From Microbotryum violaceum (taxonomy: Eukaryota), in assembly GCA_001244265.2 (NCBI GenBank), contig LN717261.1, positions 248,001-312,000 on the forward strand: a DNA stretch of 64,000 bases. The letters are read 5' to 3'. Numbering within the stretch: position 1 is the first letter of the stretch; each line of letters starts with the position of its first letter. The notes beneath the pieces were generated by a model, which was not told where the DNA came from, searched no databases, and was given only the letters and a program-made list of their open reading frames with translations. Of the stretch, positions 1-14,948 are shown in pieces. Position numbers and translations under genes: made by a program.

Positions 1-39
1 ATACGAGCTCGCACGTACATGAGATGAACGTGTTGAAGG

Positions 40-170
40 CCACACCAGCCTCCATGTTGCGCTAGTCCTCGCGCCATCCAGCAACCCGGGTTGCAGGGGG
101 GGCAACATGTATGGCTACGCCGCGCAGAAGCGAGGGTGGAGGCGCGCTGCGCGCGCCACTTTTTAGCGTG
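40..170 (+). mobile_element. Possible degenerate Helitron 3' end
   Basis: Hairpin GGCGCGCTGCGCGCGCC (~140-157) resembles the Helitron-end hairpin at ~15272-15288. It is followed by TTTAG rather than a clean CTRR. Confidence 0.3.
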
Positions 171-233
171 CTTATATATATAGCCAGAGGTGAATAGAGG
201 TAGTAAAGGCCCAAAAAGGGCGTTTTTCCACGT

Positions 234-262
234 GCGCCTCTGGCTGGGCTTTCTGGGGTCCT
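234..262 (+). promoter_or_regulatory. 29-bp repeated upstream motif (copy 1, upstream of HOG1)
   Basis: GCGCCTCTGGCTGGGCTTTCTGGGGTCCT; near-identical copies at 5308-5336(-), 51511-51539(+), 59729-59757(+) and 63149-63177(-). A regulatory role is inferred only from position. Confidence 0.55.
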
Positions 263-779
263 TCCTCCCTGCTATTCGCGCGATTGACCTAATTCCGATT
301 TATATTCGCCCGTCCTTTGTCAGACACCGTGCCACCCGTGCCACCACCTCATCGTCAGCGACACCTAGTTTTCATCTCGCCTGTCCCTCGCACTGCTTCA
401 TACCTCCTACTCCAGGCGTCCAGTTGCTGTTCAGTGATCATCACCAATCGCGTGCTCGATCCGCTCCGCTTACTGGTCCTCGTGAGTTGCAACCTGCAAC
501 GCAGGCCCTGCGCTGCCCGCAAGGCCGGCGATGCGCCTCGTCCAAACGTAAGTCTCCCGTCGCTTACTTTGTCGGCGCCGCCTTCATCTCGCTACAGATT
601 AATAGGACGTCCATAATCTGCCTCGTAACCTCTTTGATTCCCTTGGCGCATCCGACCATTGCACCTGCCTTCGTCCTCGCGCTTCGAAGCCACCTCAATC
701 TCGATCTCAAACAATCCTCGAGAGCACGCAAACCTAGGCTCTACCACTCCCGCGTTTCCTGGACGATTCGCGATATATC

Positions 780-2952
<2,173 letters not shown>

Positions 2953-3559
2953 ACGGGTTACTGGGAGCGGCCCATATTGTGCGCCGCCGTGTATGTGATA
3001 TGAATGTGGGCATGTGCGCCTCTGTCCGTGATATCTGTGGTGACCACATGAAGCCCTCGCCGGCCCGGACCAACTTGACTAATCCGCAACGAACGTCAGC
3101 TATCAAGTCATGCTTTCTTCTTTTGTTAGTTTCAGGCTGCCTTCTAGAAACCCGCTCACAATATATTGAAGAATGAGCTACATTCCTTGTTCGCCGAAAA
3201 AAGCGAGCCGTGATGCTATCGTAATCGACAGTCTCGGACACTGTGCCACTCCGTCCCAGTACTATCCTAGTCAGTCCCAGACCTTCTGGGCCGCCACCCA
3301 TGTCCAGGGAGTTGCCGGCGAAGCGGAAAAAGAAACAAAAAAGAAAAAAGAACAAAGAGAAGAAAAGAGAAAGAAAATAAGGGAAGAAGGGAGGTCGAAC
3401 ACATGATGTACATGGGCATAGTACTCTCTTGTTAACTTGCCCGAATTCGGTATCTTTACACCAACACCAGGTACACGCAAAGATGGTATGCCTAAGCTTG
3501 AGAAACACGCTTACAGTCCCGCTCGCAGCCGCCTCACTTCAAAGCCTTTTCAAAGCTCG

Positions 3560-5096
3560 GACAGCAGTGTAAAGAGCAATAAAACAAACAAGCTTTGAAC
3601 ACACGGATTACAAGATATATCCTTTGCTTTACCAGAAATGGCTTCCACAAAAACTGTGCGAACATCTCACCGTGTTGGAGTTCCAATGCTTAGAGTAAGG
3701 CACCGGTCGATTGAGATCGCGGGTTCGGCGAGGCCATTCCGAGCTACCAACGAGTCTCGAATCACCGTTCTTGAGGACCGTTTTGTTGCGCTGGTATCCG
3801 TTGGAGCACATCCGAATGGTGGAATAATTCGTAAATTGAAGGTCGATGAAATATCAAGATACCGAGGATGCCCATGTGAGAAGCGCAGGGAAGGATGCCG
3901 ATAAGGATCAAGCCGAGGTCAGAAGACCTTGTCATATGGTCCGCCGAGCATGAACTCACGCCAGTCCTTCTTCTTGCGAGCTTCATACAAAGGCTGTTGG
4001 TAGCGCGAAGTGATGGCACGCTGGATGGCAGGTCGTGGAGCCAATCTGTATCCTCCTTGTGTTCCGATCTTAGTGGTTGCATAGCGTCACGATTTCGTCC
4101 CGCCGCAGTTCCAAATCCTCAATCGCCGAGGGAGCACAAGACCCGACACTCTTGCCGTCTGATGCTTGTAAAGTGTGTTTGATTTTTCTTAGTAGTAACT
4201 GACTTTGTCCGTTGCTCTGCTCACTTGAGAGACGGCGTCCGTTCGGATCTTTGACCATACGGACCGGGTGGGCTCGGTAGAACTAAAGTCGAAGCGAAGG
4301 GTAGCTCAAAGTGACTATAGATGCGTTGAACGAGTCGGACTGGGTATCGGAACATGAACGGATTTCTTTCTATTCACTCCTCTGGGAACGGGGAACACAG
4401 AAACGCCGACTTCAGTACACGAGATGGAGTGGCAGGGGGAACGGGCTAATGGTCGGGCGATGACTCACGGTACCTTTTCTCGAACGGCTCTATTTCATGG
4501 CAGATGTTGTGACAATGGATGTCAGCTTAGCAACGGATATCCCCGAGACGATCCTTAGTATTCGAGCTGTTACCATTGACCTGCACTTCTTGCGTAGTCC
4601 AATGATCGTGGTCGACCAACGTTGGCTCCGACCTGATCCTTATCGAGTCGGCGACTCCTGAACTTGGCTCATCTGAAGGTATTGCTCAGCGGGTATTCCA
4701 AGTTTTGCTACTTGCTTCTTTATCGGTCTGATCGTCTTCAAGAATGCTTTGGGACGTTGTAGGCGGTTGACGACGATGGAAAGCGGTGGACGGCGGACCT
4801 CGGGAGCCTGACGTCGGTGCGCTCGTGATGCTAGATTAATGGCGGTCTTGCTCGATCGATGGCTCATGTAGGTTGATGAGCATTGGCATACAGCCCAACT
4901 CCGTGTCTTCGTCGACGTAAAGTGTAAAGTGTGCTAGTTCAGTGTCTCGCCCACGCGTGATTTTCACGCCAAATCGTTTCGATCGGCGTTGCTGAACGGC
5001 ATCGGATGGATTCAAGAATTGATGGCGAGTTTTGCGGTGACGTGGCAAAATACGTTGTGTTGGCTCGAAGGCCGAAGAAGTGCGGACGTTGGGCAT
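3560..5096 (-). CDS. Possible hypothetical gene or pseudogene (fragmented ORFs)
   Basis: Chain of short minus-strand ORFs (4836-5096, 4640-4867, 4070-4258, 3762-4082) downstream of motif copy 2. No recognisable domain. Confidence 0.25.
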
Positions 5097-5307
5097 AGAT
5101 CAGGACAGGTAGGGGCTGAGAAAGAGCTCGATGCGATTGTCGCGTCGCGGGGGACACGTGACTTCTGCTAACTTCCCGTGGGCCAATGCCAACTTCCCCC
5201 ACCTTTCTGCTAACTTCATGCCTAATCGGGCCGCAAGCGGGCCTCAAGCGCGCGCGCGCGCCTGAAGTTGGCGAAGTTAGCACTCCCTGGACACCGCCAG
5301 CGCCCCG

Positions 5308-5520
5308 AGGACCCCCGAAAGCCCAGCCGGAAGCGCTTTTTTTTTTTTTTTTTTTTTTGACATTTTGAGGACCCAAAATCCTGAAAATCTCCGAGGCGCA
5401 TTGCAAAAAATTGACATTTTGGGACGAAACACACGTTTCGCCCCGAGGCGCATGTCCAGATTTTGACATTTTCTCGTGAGTCGGCCCAATTTTGGCCTAC
5501 CCTGAGCAGCCTTCGGCATG
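5308..5520 (-). repeat. Modular repeat: 29-bp motif (copy 2), poly-T and three AAAATGTCAA..GCGC(C/T)TC units
   Basis: Minus strand reads aaaatgtcaaaatctggacATGCGCCTCgg, then aaaatgtcaattttttgcaATGCGCCTCgg, then aaaatgtc(a)n gcgcttccggctgggctttcgggggtcct. Related blocks lie at 8441-8592, 51331-51545, 57552-57594 and 59712-59760. Confidence 0.75.
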
Positions 5521-5586
5521 ACTCTTGGCCCGTTTGCCTTCGCTTCGAGACGCGATGCTCGCGCTTGAACAAGTCACTTAGTACTA

Positions 5587-6862
5587 CAGTCAAACCTGAG
5601 AAAATTTATATCGCCCAATCTTATACCTGGCAAAATTTATGGACTTTTCAATCTCCCGACTTTTTTGGCTGACAGAACCTGTCCAATCTTATACCTTATA
5701 ATTTATGGGTTTACAGGTCAAATTATGAGATAAGAGAGAGCCGGAAATGAGCGATTGATCAGGAATTGGCCTCTCCTTCGGCGTTCTTGTTGACGAGCCG
5801 CTTGCTGGAACAGTCCGAAATGCCCCGAAACAGCCGAGAAGCGAGCACAGTAGAGCAAAGGCGGCGTTTGACCCGTTGACAGGCTATTAGTCGCGACGTG
5901 CTTCTCTCTCCTCTTCCGCCGACAGCGAACAACGACGCCGAAATGAACATCTTCACAATCCGAGAAGCCCTCATCAGAAATTCCTCTTCATATTATCATG
6001 GTCTCATTCCCTTCCCGGAATTCAACTGCTGACGCCACGCTCAAATCTTGTCTGATCGCAAGAACAAAGGATCGACCGACCATACACTTCTTCCCAACGG
6101 TCGCGGGCCTCTCGATGACGATCGCGGCATCATCAACGCGATGAACGCTCTGAAGACGACGAACGATGAGCTGGTCGAAAAGGGGATAGTTTACGAGCAA
6201 CGAGAAGATGAGTATCCACTTTCTCGTCGATGTGGAGGAGGAGAACCTTGCTGCTGGGGCTGAAATGACCGATCAGGAGATTGTGGACCTGGTCATTGCC
6301 GAAGAGTTGGAGGAGAATTGCGAGGGAGAACTCGAAGGAGGAGAGGAGGAAGCGGAGATAGAGCTCCGACCGGCGGAGCGAACGACGCTGAAGGAGGCAA
6401 TCTCAGCGCTTGATGTTTTCTTTAGGTTTGCTATGAATGGGTACTCAGGTCCAACGGATTTGATTTCTCTCGAGGACGAGGCTAGGAGGATTCGCAGGAC
6501 TCTTGTTGCCGAGCAGGATGCCGCGAGGATTCAGACGACAATGACTTCGTATTTCCAGCGTTCAGTAGGTCAAGATATTTTTGCTTGGAGCTTTCATAAC
6601 TTGTTAGATGTCATCATGCCTCGGTAGAGACCGTACATTGGCTGCAAGTCAGCATTTCGGGCCCTCTGAATTTCCTCCCCCTCAAAAGTCAATGTATCGA
6701 CTCAAACAATGCACGAAAATTCTTGATTTGATGTAGGAAGCTCAAAAACGGAGTTTCAGGTCATAATGTACTGATCTGAAGCCGAACTCTCCAAGCTTAT
6801 ACCTGTCTTAATTTATGGGAAAATCCGTCCACCGAAAATATAAATTTTCTCAGGTTTGACTG
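5587..6862 (+). mobile_element. Non-autonomous pogo/Tc1-mariner-type TIR transposon
   Basis: Perfect 25-bp TIRs CAGTCAAACCTGAGAAAATTTATAT / ATATAAATTTTCTCAGGTTTGACTG, flanked by TA on both sides. Internal ORF 6208-6627 resembles a pogo/Tigger transposase acidic C-terminus (TLKEAISALD...QTTMTSYF). No DDE core is visible. Confidence 0.9.
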
Positions 6863-6969
6863 TAGCCATCTTCCGTAATCACTTGAGTTAAGTGGCTGTG
6901 AGGGATTAGGCCGATTAGATATTGAAAGGGCGCAGGTTCCGTTCCGCTTCACTTCGGTCCGAGATTGGA

Positions 6970-8381
6970 GCATGGCACGACAACATCATCCCATGCAGGC
7001 CTTGAACGATGCCTTCGATTGATTATTGCCGCTCACCAACATGAACATGACGATCGCCGAGCTCCTCGCCTTTGCTGTCGCTCCCGCCGACGCGTCTCTT
7101 CACATCGAGTTGTCCAAAGACGAGCTCACCCACTACTCGACCTTATCGTCTACTCGAGGCCGTTGAGAAGGCAACTGAAACAGCTTCTCACGACAAATCG
7201 TGCGTCTACCAAGCTCAACTATCGAAATTTTGGTCTAAGCTCACGCGTGTTTGGTTCTACACAGCCCACACACTTGAAACTTCCGCCTCAAGCTGTCGAT
7301 GCTCGCGATACCAATTTCTCGCTGAACTGGCCAACCTGATTGCCCATCAAGCTGCTCATAAGTGTAGCCACCTCAAGCTGTTCTACTCAAGGGAGGCCGA
7401 TGGAATCGAGCGACCCAACTCGCGGAGAGGCAGGCGTAGGGGTTAGCAATACAGAGGAAGGACGCAGTACAACACATTCATGCGTCTTGAAAGGGTTGGT
7501 ACAGTCCATGGGACCATCTCGCTGCGAAGACATGGCGGGCACGACGAGGAGCTTGAACTTGAGATTCAGAAGAACGCCTATATTGAGGATGGTCGCATTC
7601 AAGTGAGTTGTTGCTGAATTTAGGAACGAAGGCAACTGGATCTAATGTTTTGCCGGTCCTGTGCTTTTAGGAAAAGCTCCCTGAGAGAGACAAGCAGTAT
7701 GGAGCGCTAGCACAAGGCTATCCTCATTTTGGATCGCTTGACGGAGCTGTAACCGCTGCCACACCATTGGAGATTGGATCTCTGATCTGCTTTGGCCTCA
7801 AGTGTGGCATGCATTCACTCAGCTGCGATCAAACTGTTTATGGAGAAGAAGCGCTGTCTATCGGAATTGGTACGCGCGTTGTTTTGAGTGGCAGTTGAGG
7901 AAGTTCTCGTTTGACACAAGTATTGTGTCCTACAGTGCGACACATCTACAGCAGAGTGACACCAAACCACTGCAACCAAGACACGCTCGCCTCGTTGGTT
8001 CTACTCTCAGATGTCGTCGTACAGGAGCTTCGCCTCATCAAGAAAACATGCTATTCCACACACCTCATTGATGGCACTATGCCGTTCCGCATGATTGATG
8101 GTCGACAGGTCATCGAGTCATTAGGCCCGTCAACGACTACATATCGTTCAACCACGGACCTTACCTCACGTTACCCGGACGAGCGCCTAATCAGCACGAG
8201 CGCACATGCCGAGCAAAGGTTTGCCGCCCTTCGGAGCGTGCCCGGCCTGCGAGATGCCGCCGGCAGAACCTCTACAAGTCGCACAAATGCCACCGCGGAA
8301 ACAAGGAGCTCAACTTCAACAAAAAGGAAGTCTGACAACGAAGCAGCGAGCCAGCCAGCAAAGCAAGGAAGGCTTGTTTGA
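6970..8381 (+). CDS. Possible hypothetical protein (multi-exon)
   Basis: Successive protein-like plus-strand ORFs (7072-7446, 7911-8381). No recognised domain. Confidence 0.3.
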
Positions 8382-8440
8382 AGCCTGGAGCCACGCGCAA
8401 CACCAGCCGAAGCGACGCGCGCCGCAATCCACTTTCGATA

Positions 8441-8592
8441 GGCCGCGGCGCGCCCGCAAACGCTCGGAACGCGTTTTCAAGGACTTTTGAGCGATTTTTG
8501 GAGCATGTAGAACACATTTTTAAAATATTTCCGAGGCGCATGTGAAATTTTGACATTTTGGGGCCAAAATAGGGTAAAAAACTTTGACAAAA
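8441..8592 (+). repeat. Partial copy of the modular repeat, ending at a Helitron 3' end
   Basis: Nearly identical to 51335-51483 (cgcgcccgcaaacgctcggaacgcgtttt...aactttgacaaaa). Confidence 0.85.
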
Positions 8593-10527
8593 CCAGTGGG
8601 AACCCGTTAAATTAACGGGAGGATGAAATTCAAAAAATAGCAGGATAATCGAACAGTCTACATGATATCAGTGCAGAGGTTAAGACAATACGAAATACAG
8701 CAAAGAAACAAAATCCATTCATCTTACATTCATTGCCAAAACAGCCTGCATGTCGCTTGTTGCCGGACTTGGCTTCAAACACTTGTGCAATGAGATCCGG
8801 ACGGTTGCATGCTTTATCGGCCCCAGTGCAGCCTTGATTTCCGGTGAGTCGGGGTCGTACGTCATCGTGATCAGCAGCGGAGGCTTTCCATGTTTGACAA
8901 CGCACGCCATCGCATCCAGGTATCGCTGCGTGATGTCGCGATTTGGTTCGGGGTCAAGCCGTTGATGCCTTGGGTCGTGGTGAGGCGTAGGTTCTCTTGA
9001 TGTAACCGGATGTGTTGAGTCAATCGGTCTTGACTTGGGAGTACATCCGTAATTCACGGACTCCAGGAAGGGACGTTGGGTGCAATGCAGGATTGAGAAG
9101 TGCTCGTCGCGTTTGGCAAGTAGTGCGCAAAGAATTGTGAACGCGAGACTCGCCACCTCGACCCCTTTACTTGACCTTCGTCCTAGGTGTTCAAAAGTTC
9201 AATGTCAGTCTGTGCTTGCGCCTTCGGCAGAATGGAACATCAGAGAAAGAGCCGAAGACGCGTACGTTCGCCATCACCATCCTCTTCGTCCCCTTCCTCG
9301 CCGTCTTCATCCTCATTGTCGCGGTCTTCGTCCTCCTGTTCGTCTTCGTCATCCAGACCGAGACCGGCAAGTACCTCGCGCGATTGGACACCATTGTCGA
9401 TCTGCTCTCAGTTTCTGGCGATTGGCGGCCTGGCTGGGTGGAACCCCGCAAAGAGAAATGTTGGGGTGGAAGCCATTTTCCCCTGCAGGAAAAAGTAGTG
9501 GGTAACGGAGAGGCATCGCGGACGGATGGAGCGAGCTAACGATACGGTACTTGGGCCGACCATCGGGACATCAATCACCGTGCACCTGGAGAATAAGGTC
9601 TTGAGGTCCACAATCTCCCGTGTTGGTGTCGGAATCGCAGATAAGCATCGCCATTTCCGTGCTCGACGTAGGAGGGTTGTGGGTGCGTCGGTCCCGGCCA
9701 GGTGGTAGGCAGAGGCGCAGGATCCACTCTTTGGGCGTATCCCAACCTGCGCGAGGTTTGGCCGATGCGAACTCCCTCACAAAGTGATTCTTGGTACGCA
9801 ACATGGACTCGAGCTTGGTCAAAGTAGATCGTTGCATGTGACTGTTTGCGCCGTCGGGTTCAAGTCGAGTGTCGGTGGCCTCGGCCGGGTTGATCAGCCA
9901 TGTTTGAGCAAAGGCTGGGCATTGATTCACGGCAGGGATCAGGGCACCGAGTCGATCATAGAGGCGGCCGAACACACGAAACACGGGAGGTCCTAGAGTG
10001 CCCACTTGGGTTTGGTCCCAGCAGTAGGCAGCGAGCGAAGTAAAGGACAACGCGTTATTGTAAGACTGGGCATTCTCGCGGAATGCTTTAGCGTCTGTGT
10101 AGGTGCATCACACAGTTCAGCATGTGGGTCTACTGCAGACGAACGTTGTTGGACGGAGCAACTGACCGCTATCCGAGCCTTGAAGAAGCTGCCGATACTC
10201 GAGATTGGGCTGGGGAGGGGGAGGTAGCTGCACCTTGCCCTGCGAAAACGTGGGGCTTGAGGGGTTTGAGCGCGATTCGAGCCCGGCGCACTCGCCTTTG
10301 CGGAGGTGGTGGTGGGGCGAGCCCAGCGTCGAGTTGGCCATCGCGCTGACGACGCTGTCCGTTCTGCACAGCTGCACGGCGGGCTCTTATACGTGTCGCA
10401 ATGCCAAGATCGGTTGCATTGTTGTCATGACGCGCGGGGGCTGATTCTGTTGATCGGAGCGGGACGAAGAGGAGGGTCGAGCCGCGGGGCGCCCAGCAGC
10501 GGGCGCTCGAGCTGGCCCATGGTAGCC

Positions 10528-13500
10528 CACCTATGCGGGTCAAATTAAGCCTGCCAAAAAACTAGGTCGCGCGCAACGCGTTAAGGCAGCTTTTTTGAAA
10601 TTTGGTCCAGGAAAACGTTGGTACAGGCATGGTATACCATTCCCCCCTCCCACGGCCCGCGCTCGGAGGCAGAATAGCGGCTAAGTAGTGCACTTGCTAA
10701 TTCGCCTACGCTAATCGGCCCTTTGCCCCAACACATGGCACTGGCACCCCCACCTTCAAGCTTCAACCCTCCCCCACCGCCTTGCACTCATCGGCATCGC
10801 TTCAAGCATGGGCTCCCTGCGACACACATCGCCACTACCACAAGCAAATCCAGCGGCCCTAGTAGAGAAAGACAAGGAAAAAGACACCAAGGCCAAGCGT
10901 AAGAAATTCACGAGGCGGAGGAAGAAGAAGAAGGCTGACGCGATCATCGAGAGCGGGGCGACCACGGGGCCAGAGGTTGGGGCGAAGAAGAAAAAGAAAA
11001 AGAACAAGATACCATGAGGACATGGCCCGTGCGAGAACGAGAAAAGGAGGCAGTCTTGTCCCCGAAGAGCGAGGCGTCTGTAAAATCCTCCGGCTACGCT
11101 GCTCGCATTATGGTATAGCGATCAAAGATGATATGATAATAAAAGGCTAAGGTATGACTAATAGCTTTAAGACGCCAAGGCGAGAGACACGAGAGACTGC
11201 CGTGGGGGTAAAATCGAGAAGCGAGACCGAGTTCGAGAACGAAACGCTGAGGTCGGAGGCTGGAGACGATGCCAAACGAGACTTGAAACACGCAAAAAGT
11301 GAGAGACAAGAAAGATTTGTATTGGACCCTGGAAGTTTTCCTGAAAACAAGAAGAAACTCCCCTCAAACGTCCCGGCAGTTCAAACCGCTGCTTTCTGTT
11401 CATTCCCCTTCACCGCTTCCTCCGCATATCGGGCTCGGTCTTCCTTCCAAATGCTGCCTTACTGATCCCACCAATGCTCGTCATTTTCCGAGTCTTTGCG
11501 GCGCAAAAGTGAAGGCCCGTTTGAAATCACATCCTCTTCCTCTCCCTCCCGTAAGCCGGCTTTAGCCTCCCTCCTCTCGTGGCCGCCGGGAATGACTCGT
11601 CGTCGAGACGCCCGAGTCCAGAACTTACTGCCGCTACGACTTCTATTAGCCTTGAGAAATTTAAATAGCGGGTGCGACCGGATCCCGAGTACCACAGTAT
11701 TCACGGCAACCCAACGAGGCCGCGGCCGACACGTCGACCGACTCGGAGCCCCCTCCATCGGAGCCATCGATCCCGAGCCTTGATTACTACCTGTGGCAGT
11801 GCACCCATGACACGGGCGAACAACGGATGGAGGGTGCGTGGCGCTTCGGCTTTGGTGTACCGATGACGCTGAGCAAACGACAGCGGATGGCCTGCCGGAT
11901 TTGACTTCGTTTGCCCGCAGCCCTGGTGACACGATTGATGAGACGGACGACAACACGAACGAAGGAGTTGACTTTGACATGAGTGATCATTCGAGCGACG
12001 ATTTGTGTCATTAATCTATCGACGCCACAGACAACGGTGCATTTGTGCTTGAGGAGTGGGAGTTCAATGCGGAAGATGATGGCAGTGATGGCGAGACTTG
12101 GGAAATTTTTAATGGCTGTCTGGAATCGAAGGCTCTTGTTCCAAAAGCCTCAATCCAAACAGATGATGCGAGCGCTCGCGTGCTTTTGCCTTTACATTGA
12201 CTAGTGTCTCTTCATGTCATACAACATTGCCCTTCCCTCGGAAGTGCAGGGAATGCAAAGTAGCAACCATACGACCAGAGGCAACCAACGCTGACAGGGG
12301 TTGGCTGCCGCTTAAATGGGCTCTAGCCCGCTTGAAAAGGTTACTGCCCAGCAGTAGTGCCGACAGCGGGAGGTCTAACAGGTCACAAGAGATCCAGAAG
12401 GAAAGCTCTCTGCTACTGGCGATAAGATAAGCGGGCATTCTTCTTGGCTGCGCTTAGTTAGTGCGCTTTCAAATTTCCGCCATTGCGTTTGGTGTTTATA
12501 GCGTGCGCAGTCAGGCCAGTCAGATGTCCGAAGTCCGTGCCAGGTCTTTGTTGATACTTCCTGAGATCTCAGCAGAGATCACATTGCTAATTATCAGACT
12601 CCATTTACCCCCACACTCTAATGTGTACTCGAACGAAGGCTAATCTGGTCCCATACTCGATCTGTTTTTCGGTGCTTTTCAATGGTGTTGTCTGGGCCAC
12701 TTTAAGCCACGCAGCCACTAAGACAGTTGTACGTTTGCGCCGACATTATCGAACTCTCGACATTTCAGATACATGACGACGCACTTAATACACCTGACAG
12801 GATGTTTATGTATGATTGAACTCATTCTAGTTTGATAACGAGGAATGAGTTTGACAATACACCAATGATATCTGTCCCGGTGCTGAGAAACAAGTGACTT
12901 TGATGCCAATCACACCTGCGCCTTTCATGTGCTCTCTGCCGTGTGACCCGATCCGTTGCGTGCTCTCACCGATACATGTACTACTGTTACATCGTAAAGG
13001 TGGAAGCTCAGAGTTAGCTATGGACAGAAAAGTGGGGTATATACACCTGAACGAACATCATTGAGTCAGGATCACGATGTTGTTCTTCGTACTCCACCAT
13101 TCCTCCTCGCATCAGCCTGAGTGCACGAGTGGCCTGCGAGCTATTGCAGGCCTCCGACTGTTTCTACTGTAGACCAACGCAGCCTTTGCAGATGACAGTT
13201 CTGGTGGTATCTCAATCGGTCTCCTCGGTTCTGTTTGCTTGAAATCGTCTTTGTAAGAGCGAGGGTCATCACCAGATCGTACTGTAGTGGCACTGAAAGT
13301 GACTAGGTTTTTGAGCCAGGGTACCCGGCGCGGGGAAAATCCACCGGTGGTCAACATTGCGATCGAAATCGTCTTGAATAATCGGGTTTCCACATGGCAG
13401 ATAGAACCTGAGATTTACCAGTCGCCCTCTGTATTGCACTTCCCATCAATTTACCCACAGCCTTCTACTGCACTGTCCGATGCTGCGTTGGGTGCGCAGC

Positions 13501-14618
13501 TGAGGGTCAAGCGAGAAGTCCCTGGTCATGCATGCATTGTGAAAAGTGCGATTTGTCAGAAGTCAAGTCGCACTTCAGAGAATAGGACACAATCAGGTGA
13601 TGAGAGAATGATGAGCTACACACCCAAATTCTGAGACGTCCTACCGGAAATGTCACCGGTGTGGTCCCCTTGTGTGCTTTGTGTCAACTATCGAGATGCG
13701 GAACAATCACAAAATGATCATTGGTTAAGATGCGAGGCGCGAGAGACAGCGATGAGGTCGTGTTTGGACAAGGTGTAAGATCGCTCCCAATCGATCATTG
13801 CAGAAGAACAAGAACAGGAACATGAAACAAGAAGTGGGACCAATCATCAACCTGGTCCGACTCAATTTGAGGAGAGGAGCATTTAGTCACCCAGTGTGCG
13901 TCGACGCGTCGATTTGCACGTGCTTGGGCCAAGGTCAAAGCTTCAAAGTGCGGGAGCATGCCGTGAGCCACATCTTTTAATATCTAATACACTTCACAGC
14001 AAGTTACCAGTCAGCATTTTGGTTCCACCATTAGTATACCCTTAAGACCCAGTAGGGCCCAACCTGAGGTGACTCGGCAAAAGGAAACTCCCATCTTCGA
14101 GATCCGAAGCTCCGAAGCTGGCCTACTAGTCAGTGTGCTCAACTGCATTCGCTCCGACTTTCCCAAGGTTTTTAGGTATTTTTATGATTGTACTGCTGTT
14201 GAATTCTATTAAAGAAAAAAACAGGGGTAGTAAGTAGTGAGTGAAGAGAAGCAGAAAATCAGGAGGGAGGGGGGGGGGGGGGGGGGGCAGAAGGTCAATA
14301 CAGCAGCTGTCTTACCTGTGCATTGGTTGTATCCTCCATCTCGTCAGATTGGGTTCCGAATTCGACTCTTGGGAACATTGGTATAGGAAGATTGGTATTG
14401 TCTATAAGAATAACTCTAACCACGATTAGCTAATAAGCTTTCGCTTCACGGCTCGTGGGAAACCCAGAGGTGCACAGTGCCGGGGGTGGGCGAGGAGGGG
14501 GGAGCAATGGTACACCATTGGTCTACCAAGCTCCCCACGGGCCAAAAAACAGAAAAGCTGCCTTATCGCGCGTGCGCGCACGAGTTTTTTTGGCTGGCTT
14601 AATGGACCTGCCGATCTG
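10528..14618. mobile_element. Degenerate TIR DNA transposon with 8-bp TSD (hAT or Zisupton/KDZ-like)
   Basis: TGGTAGCC is duplicated at 10520-10527 and 14619-14626 but single in the uninterrupted Helitron copy B. Imperfect TIRs CACCTATGCGGGTCAAATTAAGCCTGCCAAAAAA vs revcomp CAGATCGGCAGGTCCATTAAGCCAGCCAAAAAAA extend about 70 bp. No intact transposase. Confidence 0.75.
11109..11696 (-). mobile_element. Solo-LTR-like element with TGTGG..CCATA termini
   Basis: Plus strand TATGGTA...GAGTACCACA, flanks GCAT/GTAT (4-bp TSD, one transition). The internal block aaaacaagaag.aaactcccctcaaacg is shared with 35568-36224. Confidence 0.7.
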
Positions 14619-14948
14619 TGGTAGCCCAAGGTACGGCGCTACCCTCGCGCCCAAGACTTGGCGAGATTGCGATGGCCCTCCCTGAGTCCCTGGCGACCTT
14701 GGGACCGGGACATAGCAGCGAGGGTTTGTTCTTGAATGATTGTCACTAAAATTGGATGAGAGTGAGAGGGAGAAAGGAAAGGTTCAAGGGAGTGGCGCAG
14801 GATTATTTACGTGGTTTGATTTGTTGTTCAGCCCGTAATGCTGCTGGTTGACTGCCGGAATGACACTGACACCGCCGGCGCACCGCATCACGTGACAACG
14901 CCGGCCCTCGCCTCGCGCGTCAGGCAGAGCTCTGCTGTAGAAGCAATA

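Larger units (their letters stand above)
8593..14819 (-). mobile_element. Non-autonomous Helitron copy A (~2.1 kb), interrupted by a 4.1-kb insertion
   Basis: Minus strand: A|TC at 14819; 3' hairpin CCCGTTAATTTAACGGG then CTGG|T at 8593. RepHel N-terminal remnants (SFTSL..GPPVFRVFGRLY, YPLLFPAGENGFHPNI, DAMACVVKHGKPPLLITMT). Pieces 8593-10527 and 14619-14819 are colinear with 57595-59711. Confidence 0.88.

Noticed and set aside
9171-9539. Captured membrane-protein gene in the Helitron (hydrophobic ORF, also 58765-59133)
   Set aside because: It is the antisense reading of a D/E-rich tract in the Helitron's own reading direction.
12070-12115. DGE..E motif as proof of a KDZ transposase
   Set aside because: It lies upstream of the YNIA-like stretch, the wrong order for that family, so it may be coincidence.
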